Shown here: piece after piece, positions 1-12,266 of the stretch
Position numbering within the stretch: position 1 is the stretch's first letter
Layout of the letters: every line of letters begins with the position of its first letter
Assembly: GCA_030141605.1 (NCBI GenBank)
Contig: JAQGDQ010000901.1
Span: 18,128-82,127, forward strand
Direction of reading: 5' to 3'
DNA from: Tubiluchus corallicola
Taxonomy: Eukaryota; Animalia; Priapulida
Length of the DNA: 64,000 nt
Position numbers and translations under genes: made by a program
Notes under the pieces: model-generated
Databases searched by the model: none
The model's input: the letters and a program-made list of their open reading frames with translations, nothing else
What the model was told of the DNA's origin: nothing

Positions 1-18
1 GCATTTTGTTTTCCAGCC

Positions 19-3000
19 ATGGTAAATGGTCACAAGGTAATAGTACAACGTGACACTGCAGCAAATGTGAACTGCATACATCGAAGATTCGTACGAGCAA
101 ACCAATTTTTGCCTGATCGTACAGAACAGATTCTATGTGGGCATGGCGACCGTCGTACATGTAGAGTAGCAAGGCTGCCAATTGAGTGCGAACTTGTTAA
201 AGGTGAGCTAGAGTTTGTAGTCCAGAACAAGCTTCCGTCTGAGTGCTTACTTGGTAACAATTTTAAATCCACTTGGCAGCCTTCTAAAAAACTTGGTCCA
301 AAACACAGCGTTCATAGAGGCCAAAAGTTTGGGAAGAAACAACCTTTTCGAACAGACAGTAGCAGATTTAAAAATTGTTCAGGAAAGTCCCAGCAGATAG
401 AAGACCGTCACGGTGAGCAGAAAGATGTAGAGGATGATGAACACTCGAGTGAGTCTCAGGTGGTTAACCAGAAAGGGGTGTCCCATCCATTCTCAACACC
501 AGCTCTGCAAGTCATGACTCGGTCACAAGCAAAGCAATTCAATGAAGAGTTAGAACGAGAGGAAATAGAGCGGCAGGAAGATGAAGACCATGAGATTCCT
601 GCCCTGGTGAATGAGCAAGAAGAGGATAATTCTCACCAAGGCCAGTCACGAGAAGCACTTATCCAGGACCTAAACAATTGCATTACCTTAAAACACCTGT
701 ACGACAACGTGATATCGGAGAAACAGGCTAAAAGTCTGGGTAAAGGATATTTTATCAGAGATAGCCTACTCTTTCTACATTTGAAAAGAGCAAAAGACGT
801 TGATGGTAAAGATTTGATTGTCTTACCCAAAAAACGTAGACTTGAGGTCCTTCAGCATGCTCATGACAACAAGTTAGCTGCACATTTTGGGATACAGAAG
901 ACAACAGAGAAGATTTTGCGTGAATTTTACTGGCCACATATTCATAGCGATATTCGAAGATTTGTACGCAGCTGCCCAGTCTGTCAAAAATGCAGTAGAC
1001 GAAAAGCAAGCGATCGTGCTAAGTTGCAACCTATTACAGTCAACGAATTACCATTTCAGAAGATTTGCATGGACTTTGTTGGTCCACTTCCACGAACGAA
1101 ATCAGGTAACCGATATGCTCTGGTTGTTACAGATTTTAGCACACGGTATCCTGAAGTATACCCCACCAGGACTCAAACGGCCGAAGACACAGTCAAGGCA
1201 CTTCTGCGCTACATTGCTTCATACGGAGCCCCGACTGAAATCGTTTCAGATCAAGGCCCCGCGTTTATCTCACAAATATTACAGGATCTTGAGTCAGTCC
1301 TGGGAATAAAAGGAATTTATGCCACTGCATATCACCCGCAAACCTCTGGCCTAACGGAGAGATTTAATCAGACCCTGAAGTCATCGATCAGAAAGCTTCA
1401 GCTAACTGAGGGAGATTGGGAGTGGGACGAATTAATTCCTTTAGTCTTGTTTGCATATCGAGACTGCCCACAGAGTTCAACGTCGTACTCACCATATGAA
1501 CTTGTTTACGGTTTCCCAATCAGAGGGCCGCTTACTATACTGCGAGAAAAATACAATGTACCGCGTCCAAAGCAATTGACAGAAGTCAATACTTTTGTGG
1601 AGGAACTTATGCATAAGATGGAAGAAGTCACAAACGACGCACATGCCGCATTGCATGAAGCCCAGCTGTCGCAGAAAAAATGGTATGATGAAAGGGCAAG
1701 TGAACGCAGGCTAGAAGTAGGTAGCAAAGTTTTAGTACTGCTGCCGAAGAGCGCCAAGAAACTGAACCGCATTTGGAAAGGCCCTTACCAAATCTTAGAA
1801 AGGGTCTCTGACCAGGTTTACAAAATTGCTTTCCGAGGGAAGAAAAATCGTGAGCGTAACTTCCACATTAACTTAATGCGACCTTGGATCGAGCGCGATG
1901 AGGCTCAGGCATTGTTGACATTTGCCACTCCAGACAAAGCCGCTGAGGTCTATGAGGAAGGAGTAACGGAAGTCCAAGATCACATGTTTCCTCCCTCTGC
2001 AACCCAAACTCAGAGCATACGGGACATAGATATATCTGAAAGTTTGACCAACAAACAAAAGGAACAGCTAATAAAAACATTACATGATCATGCAGACATT
2101 TTCACAGATTTACCAGGATGTACAGATTTAATAGAACATGAAATACTGGTTCCAAAAGATGCTAAGCCCATTCATCAACCACCTTATCGTGTCCCTCAGG
2201 CACAAGAAGCACAAATTCGTAAAGAGATTTCCGAGATGGAGAAACTTGGGGTAATAAGAAAATCAAACTCAAGCTTCAGCAGCCCCGCTGTAATTGTTTT
2301 AAAGCCTGATGGCACTATACGTTTTTGCATTAATTATATTAAAGTTAACGAACTGACAACTTTTGATCCGTACCCCATACCAAATATGCAGGAGATGCTC
2401 AGTAGCTGCCATGGTGCCAAGTATATATCCAAACTGGATCTTACAAAAGGTTACTGGCAGATCCCCCTACATCCAGATTCGATAAAACGGTCAGCTTTCT
2501 CCTTGCCATGGGGGCAATGGGAATTCCTAGTTATGCCTTTTGGGCTCGTCAATGCAGCTGCAACCTGCCAGAAACTGATGGACAAGGTTCTCGACGGAAT
2601 TCCTAATTATGCCAGAGGGTATATAGATGATACAATCATATGGAGTACACACTACTCAGAACATATTAGTCATCTTAATGAGGTACTGTCCCGCTTTGGC
2701 AATGCCAAGTTGACATTGAAGCCGAAGAAATGTACTTTTGCGTGTCAACAAATAGACTTCTTGGGACACCGGCTAGGCAATGACATGTTAAGGCCTCAAC
2801 CAGATAAACTAGAAAGAATCAAGCATTTTCCGCATCCTATAACCAAGAAAAATGTTCGAAGTTTTCTTGGATTTGTAGGCTTTTATAGGAACTTTGTTCC
2901 AAACTTCAGCAGCATTGCTATGCCATTATTTGAGTTGACCAAGAAACACCTGCCAAACGAAGTAGCCTGGAATAAACAAGCAGAAGAAGCATTTGTCCAG

Positions 3001-3441
3001 TTAAGAGCGGCAATAACTTCAGATTCCTTCTTGATGGCTCCAGATTTTAGCCGAGAATTTATACTCAGCACCGATGCCTCCAATGTGGGCTTAGGTGGCG
3101 TACTTTCTCAGATTAATTCAGAGGGCAGGGAGCAAGTAGTGAGCTACATCAGTCGAAAGCTCACAAAACCCGAGCAAAACTATGCCACAGTGGAACTGGA
3201 GCTTCTGGCTATTCTTTGGGCTGTGCAGAAACTAAACTACTACTTGATGGGAAGACCTTTCACTATCAGGAGTGATCATCAATGTTTAACATGGCTCCAA
3301 AGAATGAAAAATAAAAACAGAAAACTGGCTAGATGGTCACTCATATTACAAGAATACACATTCAAAGTCGAATACATAAAAGGTGCCCAGAATGTTGCAG
3401 ATGGTCTGTCTAGAAATTCAAATGAAAATCATAAGAAATGA
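19..3441 (+). CDS. pol: Pol polyprotein of a Gmr1-like Ty3/gypsy LTR retrotransposon (protease-integrase-RT-RNase H); 5' part, including gag, lies outside the window
   Basis: Uninterrupted 1140-aa ORF. Protease-like RDTAA...LLGNN. Integrase: HHCC (HDNKLAAH...CPVC), core DFVGP/SDQG/TERFNQTLK, GPY motif. RT: PPYR, KLDLTKGYWQI, MPFGL, YIDD. RNase H: TDAS, ELELLAI, DH, NVADGLSR. Confidence 0.95.
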   Translation: MVNGHKVIVQRDTAANVNCIHRRFVRANQFLPDRTEQILCGHGDRRTCRVARLPIECELVKGELEFVVQNKLPSECLLGNNFKSTWQPSKKLGPKHSVHRGQKFGKKQPFRTDSSRFKNCSGKSQQIEDRHGEQKDVEDDEHSSESQVVNQKGVSHPFSTPALQVMTRSQAKQFNEELEREEIERQEDEDHEIPALVNEQEEDNSHQGQSREALIQDLNNCITLKHLYDNVISEKQAKSLGKGYFIRDSLLFLHLKRAKDVDGKDLIVLPKKRRLEVLQHAHDNKLAAHFGIQKTTEKILREFYWPHIHSDIRRFVRSCPVCQKCSRRKASDRAKLQPITVNELPFQKICMDFVGPLPRTKSGNRYALVVTDFSTRYPEVYPTRTQTAEDTVKALLRYIASYGAPTEIVSDQGPAFISQILQDLESVLGIKGIYATAYHPQTSGLTERFNQTLKSSIRKLQLTEGDWEWDELIPLVLFAYRDCPQSSTSYSPYELVYGFPIRGPLTILREKYNVPRPKQLTEVNTFVEELMHKMEEVTNDAHAALHEAQLSQKKWYDERASERRLEVGSKVLVLLPKSAKKLNRIWKGPYQILERVSDQVYKIAFRGKKNRERNFHINLMRPWIERDEAQALLTFATPDKAAEVYEEGVTEVQDHMFPPSATQTQSIRDIDISESLTNKQKEQLIKTLHDHADIFTDLPGCTDLIEHEILVPKDAKPIHQPPYRVPQAQEAQIRKEISEMEKLGVIRKSNSSFSSPAVIVLKPDGTIRFCINYIKVNELTTFDPYPIPNMQEMLSSCHGAKYISKLDLTKGYWQIPLHPDSIKRSAFSLPWGQWEFLVMPFGLVNAAATCQKLMDKVLDGIPNYARGYIDDTIIWSTHYSEHISHLNEVLSRFGNAKLTLKPKKCTFACQQIDFLGHRLGNDMLRPQPDKLERIKHFPHPITKKNVRSFLGFVGFYRNFVPNFSSIAMPLFELTKKHLPNEVAWNKQAEEAFVQLRAAITSDSFLMAPDFSREFILSTDASNVGLGGVLSQINSEGREQVVSYISRKLTKPEQNYATVELELLAILWAVQKLNYYLMGRPFTIRSDHQCLTWLQRMKNKNRKLARWSLILQEYTFKVEYIKGAQNVADGLSRNSNENHKK

Positions 3442-3758
3442 ACGGGCACTAATTAACAGAAACAGAAGATTACTTGACATTTTCAGTTTTTTTTGTTTTT
3501 GTACGAAACTTTTGAATTTTGAAGTTGGTAGAACCAATATCATTTTGAGAGGTTCAAAGCTTTTTTTCCTATTCTAAGTGATGAGTAGAAAGCTGTCAGA
3601 CTTTCTTTTGGTACAAACTATCATGCACGTTTCAACTGGCAAAGAGTTGTTTATGCCACTTTTTTAAGTTAAAGACGAGCACTAAGGTCTGGCCTGTCAG
3701 GTCTGATTTTCGAAGACTAGTATTTCATGGAAACATTAGTCTAAAATTTGGGGGGCTA

Positions 3759-4958
3759 TGTGATGGACCAGACTAGGTCCACCCCTTGGCTAAAGTGTGT
3801 TCTTGCCCATTACAAGCAACCACCTATGTACATTATATTATGCAATTTGTTCAATGATAAATGTTTTGTTCGATTGAAGAGGCCTAACTTAGTTTGATTT
3901 TGTATAAGGAAGCTACCTGCATTGTTTACTTTATTTTTTATGGCTGTTGTTGTAATAATGTACCAGGCACCCATGAACTATATCTGCCCCACATGTAACC
4001 TACATGTCAGTGTTATGCAGGTCATTTTGAAAGTGTGTTGGCTTCGGCCTTGTTTATTTTATTACAGGGGTGTTTTGCTTTCTCATTCAGCCTATATAGT
4101 GTTACAGTTACCTGTCTAAAGTATAAAACTACCTAGAATGTAGTGAACTGTTCCAGTAACAGGAAAATGTGCTTTTGATATTGAGAAGTGGGTAGAATGG
4201 TCTGGAAAATGAGAGCTGTTAAAATGTTGGGTTTATACCTTTGAGGACAAACTTAAAATTTATCTGTTGAAAATGGCTGAACTGGTGTTTTATTGTGAAA
4301 AAGCCTGGACAGTTGTAAATGGTGTAATACTATCCTAATGGACAATGTGTTGTAATGCAATTGAGTGGAGTAAAGACCAACTTTGAGCCTTCTACACAGT
4401 ATAAGCAACCCAGCCCTTGTTGTCAGGGTGTGGAGGACCGGCACCTAGTACTGTCGAGCGTGGTATGCGATGTTTTGGAGATGGTATCCCTTCCATGGAG
4501 TACCCCAGTGATTGCCAATGGACTGACGTAGTGAGCGCTCACTCCAGAGATAAGTAACAGTTTACTTTTGAGCTCAATAGTGATTATTCAAATTGGTGAT
4601 ATCTTGTGCACAAACTCTTATGGACAGTGAAAACTGCAGTTACTATTAGGTTACTGTTTGGTACCAAGAACTCGTGCTGTAATTCTTGAAATGGCCATCC
4701 TTAACTATTGTAATGTATTTTTTTCTTTTTCTCTTGATTCACTCATATTGTCTGTTAGTAGAATAAAAGCATTGAAATGTTAATTAGTCTTTTAGTAAGC
4801 TTTGTATTCTGAAACAGGTACACATAAACTACAAGGACAACTCCGCATTTCAAAAGCCTTAGTATTAGTCTCGCTACGTTACCAAAGTTAAGTGCGCTTC
4901 ATACTCGTATTGCATAAGTTACTAATTACTATCACCCACGAGGAACGCCGTCATTACA
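3759..4958 (+). repeat. 3' LTR (~1.2 kb)
   Basis: Starts TGTGATG just after GGGGGG-CTA and ends CATTACA (near-perfect terminal inverted repeat). Internal AATAAA at ~4762. The 5' LTR is not in the window for confirmation. Confidence 0.75.
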
Positions 4959-5095
4959 CCATCTTTTGGCAAAACAAAATATCTATATTTACGTAGACAT
5001 GTACATATGAATGTACCTTGATATAATGCCAAATTCGCTTATGGCCAACTTTTTTTGCAGTCTCGAAGTAGGCAGTATAAAGAAGTTTGACAGTA
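4959..5095 (+). mobile_element. Right part of a ~190-bp Tc1/pogo-like MITE interrupted by the LTR element
   Basis: TTTTGGCAAAACAAAATATCTATATT...TATAATGCCAAA...TTTTTTGCAGTC...GTTTGACAGTA aligns by eye with 47270-47407 and with the reverse complement of 48175-48354. Confidence 0.7.
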
Positions 5096-8000
5096 ATGTA
5101 ATTACAGATAACTGTGGAAATCTGCGAGCATGCAATAGGTGCTGGACTGAACTTATAGCATTCAGTTTTTAGCTTGCTAAAATAATTATTCTTACTATTT
5201 TGTTAGTGCTAACTAGCCGAACGTTATTATATTATAGTTGGTAACTGTTTTTTTTACATATTGGGCAACGGGATTCACTAAAAAGCAAAAAATAGTATTA
5301 ATGATTTTTTGTTTAACATTTTGGATTGCTTGCAGTTGATAATAGTAACTGCATCTGCAAAAAAAGATTACTCAAGACCTAGCAGGATAAGTGTGGCAGG
5401 CAGAAACTTTCACTAATATTAAAATAAGCTAAACTTCACTTGACTTTTCCCTTAAACATCAAAGTAAGTAGTACTGCTTTTTTTTACTTAAAATGAGCCA
5501 CTGCAACTTGTGTACTTGTTTTGCTTGAGATACAAATAAATTTTACATTTTTATGAAATATGGGAACAAATGCTCTCACACTGGTCCAACCTTCCTACAC
5601 AAAGTTTTAGGATTAATGTAGATACGAAAAATGAGAACTCTAGTGTATAAATATCAATAAAACACAGGTTATAGATGGATACAAGGCTGAATTAATGAAA
5701 AGCCCTGCTTTTATTTTAAAAACAAAACAGATATTTTGCAACCCACTATGGGTTGCCGCTTCAGTGTGAATGTAAGAAATATGGGAAATCTTGAAACAGA
5801 AAAAGTTATACAGAATAACATCAAAAGAATGTAGAAACGTGCATTCCCTAAGACCGGCATTACAGGAATCTTAAGGATTATTACAGTGACATCAAGGAAA
5901 AAACTAAAAAAATAAGAAATTAGAAGACGATATAAACTGTCTATTGAATTTTTGGAAATAAGATACACCTACACCATAAGATATGGCATTGTTAACATGT
6001 CAATATGCCATTGTTAACATTTCAAGAATATTCCAAAGGTTTCTGATTATCAGTTAAGGAATCACCAAATTTCTTTATGTACAGAGCCTCTTTGCCAATT
6101 TACTAACACATTTGAATGTATCCAATACTTCAACATTTTTGGGATTAATGTCATGCGATCTCTCCTGAAAATGTTGAGCACGGCCAGCTGCAGGTGGCCC
6201 AGATTTAAGCTTAGTGATACATGATACTAATCTCAAAAATGATGTGATATTGGACACCTATGTCGGTGGTTCCCTAATAAAGGTTTCCTAATTAATAATT
6301 GTCTTTATAGAACGGAAATAATCGTGGTGCCAATGAACAGCATGCACATATGTATCATGGTATATACTGTATTAATTATGCAGAAGTGTTTACCTATTGA
6401 ATTTGCCAAATACACGCATTTACGATAGGCTGCTGCATAATAAAACTGCCGTTTATTAAGACCACTTATTGCTGGTCCTGCAGTGTTTTTATTAAGTGGC
6501 GACTACTATAATACACTTGGTTGTACCATTGCAACCCATTAATTTATTTGTCTAGATAAGTATCCAAACCTGAGTGTGAACTCAAGCCGCCAGTACAAGA
6601 ATGCTCTTCCTTTTCCGCTTCTTGTTTTACAAACATTAAGAAACTGTGCCTCCCCTTTTCCAGCGTCATCGTGAGGTACCAATTTTCCGCTGATGACAAC
6701 TACAGCGCAATAAAATAAGGTAATTATATAAAACTTAAATAATTTGTTACTGCAGTCAGTATCTAGCTAAACTCCTTCAGGACTGCATCATTCAAAATAG
6801 GTCTCATAAGGCCTAAACCTTTCTGCTACTATGAGCATAGACATAACTAAATGATTACTAATTAGGTACTGTTCTATTCAGGAGAATATTGGCTATCCAA
6901 TCATGCTATTTGTTTAGACATTTATAAGTAATTTAATTGGATGAAATTAAGAAAAACACATCCTCTTCAGGCATTCCAACTTAGCCTATTGAGTAGCTTG
7001 GACTGCCATACACTTATGTCATCATACACACTAATTTATTGATCGCCTTCTTGCTACTGCCCAAGCTGTGCAGTGTTCTGCTGCTATGCCAGGAAAAACC
7101 AACTGATCAGCCAAGGACAAATTAACACGTTTCATCTTTTAAAGGAAGACCAGACGATTGTTTAGACTCAATCTCATTTTAATTTACTGTCCAAAATATA
7201 CATTTTCTTGCCTATAAAAGTTAACAATTGTTCCTTATATTTGAATAATTAGCTTAGAAAGTTAATTAATGGCAACAGAACACAGCTATTGCTTATGTCA
7301 GAAACTAACCACAGTTTGTGCAATGGCAGGCGTCTTCCCTTGCGCGTCAAGCACATTTGTATAGGTGTTACAGTACTGCTTAAATGCATGATGTCACGAA
7401 AAATGGGCTTTACATCATATGACATCATAAAACTAACACAGCAGTTCATGATCATGATTATCATGGTACCGCCTTCTATGTGTCGGCCACTCGCACGTGA
7501 CAAAAGGCGTCGCTGCCAATCTTAGTAGATTCACTAAGCCGCACGTAGCTTTGAAAGTTTAACGAAATTTGAGTATCCAAGGTAATTATTATTTAATCTA
7601 AGCTTTGATTTAAAATAAGTTATTGTAGTTTTCAATATTTTAGAGTATTCTTTATTCTGAACTAGTGTTTACACAATCATCCGGCTTTCTTTTAACAGGA
7701 ATTTCTCCTTAAAAATAGAGTAGACTTGAGACCAAAGTGTATCAGTATGTTGAGGCTGGATAGTTGAAATTTTCAGCATTAGCCAATTTCACATAAGTGA
7801 AAGTGATACTGTACATTGTTATAGTGCAGACACTGCAGTTACTGAAAAGCGTTTTTTCAATTTGTTCATCAAAAATCAATTTTTAATTTATTTAAAGTAA
7901 GCAAATGTATTTCATATATAATTTTGCATGAAAGTCCATTATAGGAGAAGTAGAATGATAAAAAATGATGAAATATAACATAATCCTGCTTAGCGAAAAC

Positions 8001-11000
8001 AGTGTTTCATGAACTCATGCAAAATGCAGCAAATGCTTATAGTCCTGAAGGAGTTAATATGCAGGGTGTTTTACATGGTTAAATTATCAATAGTGACAAA
8101 GGAATGGTGTAATGACAAAATAGCAGTCTGTCGTGACATTATAATGTAAGATAAAAGTTGTACCGCTTCAATCTTGTTTGACTGGTAAAACTCTCGAATC
8201 TCTTCACAAACAGCCTTACAATCAACATTTTGTATCGGACTACTGATGTCAGTTCTTGTCAGTTTTGTAGATGCCTGTAACAATTAAATTATAGCAAAAT
8301 TTTGCATCCATTAAAATAAAACACTTCATAATGAACCAAATAAAAAAAGATTTAATAATCTTTAATAAATAAAAAAAGACAATTTTCCCATTCAGTTGAT
8401 TTCTATGATAGAACCCAACAGGGCAACTTATATAAGCCAGTTTAAGCAAAGGTCATCCTTAGTTTAAGCAATTAAGAAATATCATCCTTAGTGATACTGC
8501 TTGATTTACACTATCTTCGTGTACCCATGATCATGGCCGTAAAGTAGATCACTCTACAAGTTGGATAAATCATGAACTTGACTATTATCTGTACAGTAAA
8601 ATTGAACTTTGACATCAAAAATTTGTACCCACACCAATGTAAAGAACGATTTCCACTTTCAGAGGAGTCAAAAGTATATTTTACCATCAGGGTCATCAGT
8701 TTAAAACTTATGCCCCAGAAATTCATAAGTTGAAAATATTACACTATAATGAAAGTTATTAAAGTTAAACCCTTGCAAACTATTACTAGTACTAGTAGTG
8801 TATTCATTAACGAACTCATTTATTAAGCCAAGCCAGATTAATGAAGGACAAATAGCAGATAAATTCAAATTGAATAATAATTTCTTACCGTCGGAGTTAT
8901 CTCTCTGAAAATATGTGAGTTTGCATTCGATTTGAAATCTTGTCCAAGGGAATGTCTCCATTTACAGTTATTAATTTTGTCTGGTACGTTCACCACGTGA
9001 AAAGGTTGTGATGCTGTTTTACCAAAACTTTCTTTCAAATTTTCCCATAACTCACTGTTATTTTCCAATTTACTCAACAACAAAAATTCGTAACAGTGCA
9101 AAATACTATGCATTATAGCTTAAACGTACAAGTTTCTCAGCTAACAATATTTTATGTTACATAATGTCCTATAACGCTTTGATATCATTAACGGTGACTG
9201 TAGTAAAAAGTTTTATAAATGTTTTTAATATGTATGCTTTTTTGAAGCGAATTTGCACTTTTATCACACAATAAAATGTATTATTACATGAAACGATTAT
9301 ACACTAATGGGCAAATTTCACAAACATTCGGGATTAGCATTACTAAACCATAAGTTCCCATGTTCTCTTTTGTCGTTCAAAACCAACAAATAAATCAGAC
9401 GCATCGACGTGTGTGCGACACCTAGGACCCACTGAAATGAACGAACCTAACAAAACTACCATTACCGATATATGTATTACTATGAAATTTTTAGTGAGCG
9501 CTTGGAACGATTTATACAAGCAATTTAATTTAAAAATTTAAAAAAAAATGATCTAACTGGTAACTGTGAAACAAATCCATTACATTATGTATATGCTTGA
9601 TAGCTGGATCAACACAATTCTTCAACCTGCTGTTGTTGTAAGCGACCTTCCTGTATGCTGATTGTGTGGACAATTTGTACTTTGGATGCTTGACTCACAC
9701 CATATGCTTCCATTCTTTCTGCCAAACTGCAAGACAGAGACAATATATTTTGCTTGCAGAATGAAGTGTTGCTGAACTTGTGTTTCTACCCTGCCTGCAA
9801 AGCGGAAGGAAGTTGCAAAAGGCCAAACAGGAAGATCCAGGAGCTCCCAACACTGAAACTGCACCATTATAGAGCTCTGGTGGGGTATTATGTTTCGTAT
9901 TGATACTTTGTAGAATGTATTATTATTTTGTTATTACTTTCATAATATTCAATAACAATCACTAAAATATTAATTTCATAGTTAAAGCGTTTATTTCTAT
10001 TTCAAGCTTCAGTATAATTAAAATACTAGCTTTATGAGAATAAGCCAGTACCTATAGCGCCTTAGTTAGCTCGCCCACGCACCATAAATGCTTTGTGGTC
10101 ATTTTGAGACATAAGCATGACCTGTTAAAACAATCCTGACAAACGAAAAAATTATAATTGAACTACACTAGGTCATCACAGTAACAATATACGTCCTTAT
10201 GACATGCCACAGCTTGAAAAGCCCTCATGTTCAACTCAACTTTAACCTGAACTGAAAACAAAAGACTTATAATGCGTCAAAGACTGACTGTACTTCAGCT
10301 GTGGCCGAAGACTAAAATTCTTTGAGAATAAGTATAAAGTGGATTTTAAATATTTTTTATTCTAATCACAAAAACTTACATGAAATTTATAGACAAGGTA
10401 AAATAACTTTTCTCTAACCATTATAGTTGTAAGCCCTTTTCTGTCAATTACTAAAGAGCCATTCATTTTAATCATCTTAAAAATGATTTATTTTAACAAA
10501 AACAAAACGAACAATGAAACAAAACTAAATTATTAACATTAGATTATATTTCTCAGTTACTAACAATAGAGAATAACATAGATTGTAACAATTAGATTAG
10601 GTTTACAAGGCCCTTTCTTCAGATCCAGCAAGTAGAGTGACATAATTCATCCACCAATTATTGTTCGGTTCGTATTTACGTTTTAAGGCCGTCAACATAA
10701 TTTACACAGCGTTATTAAATGTTCATAATTTGCATGAATATACACATATAATTATTTTTTTTTCTATTTTTGGTATTTACTAAAATGATGGTTTGTAAAA
10801 TTTACTCTACAAATCCGTGCCTGTTTTCGCTTGTTGATATTTTTTATTTTTTGCTTGTTAATTTCTTGTTAATGATTTACAATACTTTCTTGAGAAAAAA
10901 CATCCAGTAAACCTTATTGTGCTATGTCGAATAAATTTGAAGTTAATGTGTGGGAGGCTGATTCTATATCAATATATTTTCCATCAAGCATTCCCATTTA

Positions 11001-12266
11001 GATAGACATTAAATGTGACTAACATGTTTGTTTTTTATTCAGGGATAAAAAATTAATTATTTGTTTTGATTTGACATTGTTCTGCTGTCCTGGTATGTAA
11101 CATTGTAGCAAGCTATATAATATAATAAAACATTCACTTATTTTTTATTCAAATCGCTCTCATTCTCCCAGCAGGGCTAATGGCCACTAACAAGGGGTTA
11201 TTATAGTAAGAAGGCAAAGATATAATGTTATAAATATTGTCCCGAGATATTAAATTTACATAATTAATTTACTGGAGAGGGAACGCATCTGTTCATGTTC
11301 TTTTTAAACCAAGTGAGGTTACAATTTTCAAGAAAAAAACTGGATTGATGACCAGTTTTCTACATTTAGGAATGCCCAGAGAAAGCCTATGAGAAACACA
11401 AAAGGGAGTACTATCAGCTAATTGCCAATGCTTGAGAAGTAGTTGAAAGGACTTAGTGCAGCAACTGACCTTCGATGAGCAAGAAACTTCGGTGTTTACC
11501 TCTCTTCACACTCGACTAGACCGGGAATATGCTTTTGCAAACTGCCAAGTGGTTAAGGTGAACAAGCTGAGACAGATGTGACTGCAATATTCCATGCAAG
11601 ATCAAATGGTCAGCTAGTAAAGATAATGTATATTATAGCTTCAGTAATTGAACAACTGCAATTATTTTATCTTTTTTAATTTGCGGGAAATAGCCATTAA
11701 CTAATGTTTGTAAAATTGGACAATAAATTTTTTTTACTGTACTACTATTTTTATGATAATTCAACTTTCTGAGCTCGGAACATGAGTCGCGGCCAAGCAA
11801 GAGAACGTATGACTGATCAAATAGAAGAACGTACCCTTATTATGGTCAGAGAATGACACAAGACGTTAAACGTGGTCTTGACAAAAGAAGATGAATTAAT
11901 ATCCTTGTAGTATTAAACAAAGCTTGTATTTGCTGTCAAAGCTTCTGCATAGCATACTTTTCAAGTTAACTATGAAATGCATTTTTATTCACGCTTTTCC
12001 TGCGTTAACATTTGAAGACGCGTTTGTGTGTCGTAACTTAAATTTTCAGTAGCAGCACAACAATTCAACCAATAGTGAAAATTGTAAGCGGTGCGCTCGC
12101 ACAGGAGTGTTTACAATATTTTTGAACGACCCAAATATTATGAGCGACATGGCGCGACACATATGGCATGCTTACAGCGTTAACTCCCAGTGAAGTATTT
12201 TTACTGAAAACCACCATTTAAACTAACTTGCTAAGTAAAAGTTGTATTAATTGTTAATGATTCACG

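Larger units (their letters stand above)
1..4958 (+). mobile_element. Gmr1-like LTR retrotransposon (5'-truncated by the window edge)
   Basis: pol ORF, then a G-rich PPT at 3750-3755, then an LTR with TG...CA ends. Homology to a separate MITE family starts right after 4958. Confidence 0.9.

Noticed and set aside
3442-3758. env-like or extra ORF after pol
   Set aside because: Only ~300 bp separate the pol stop from the PPT, with no credible ORF.
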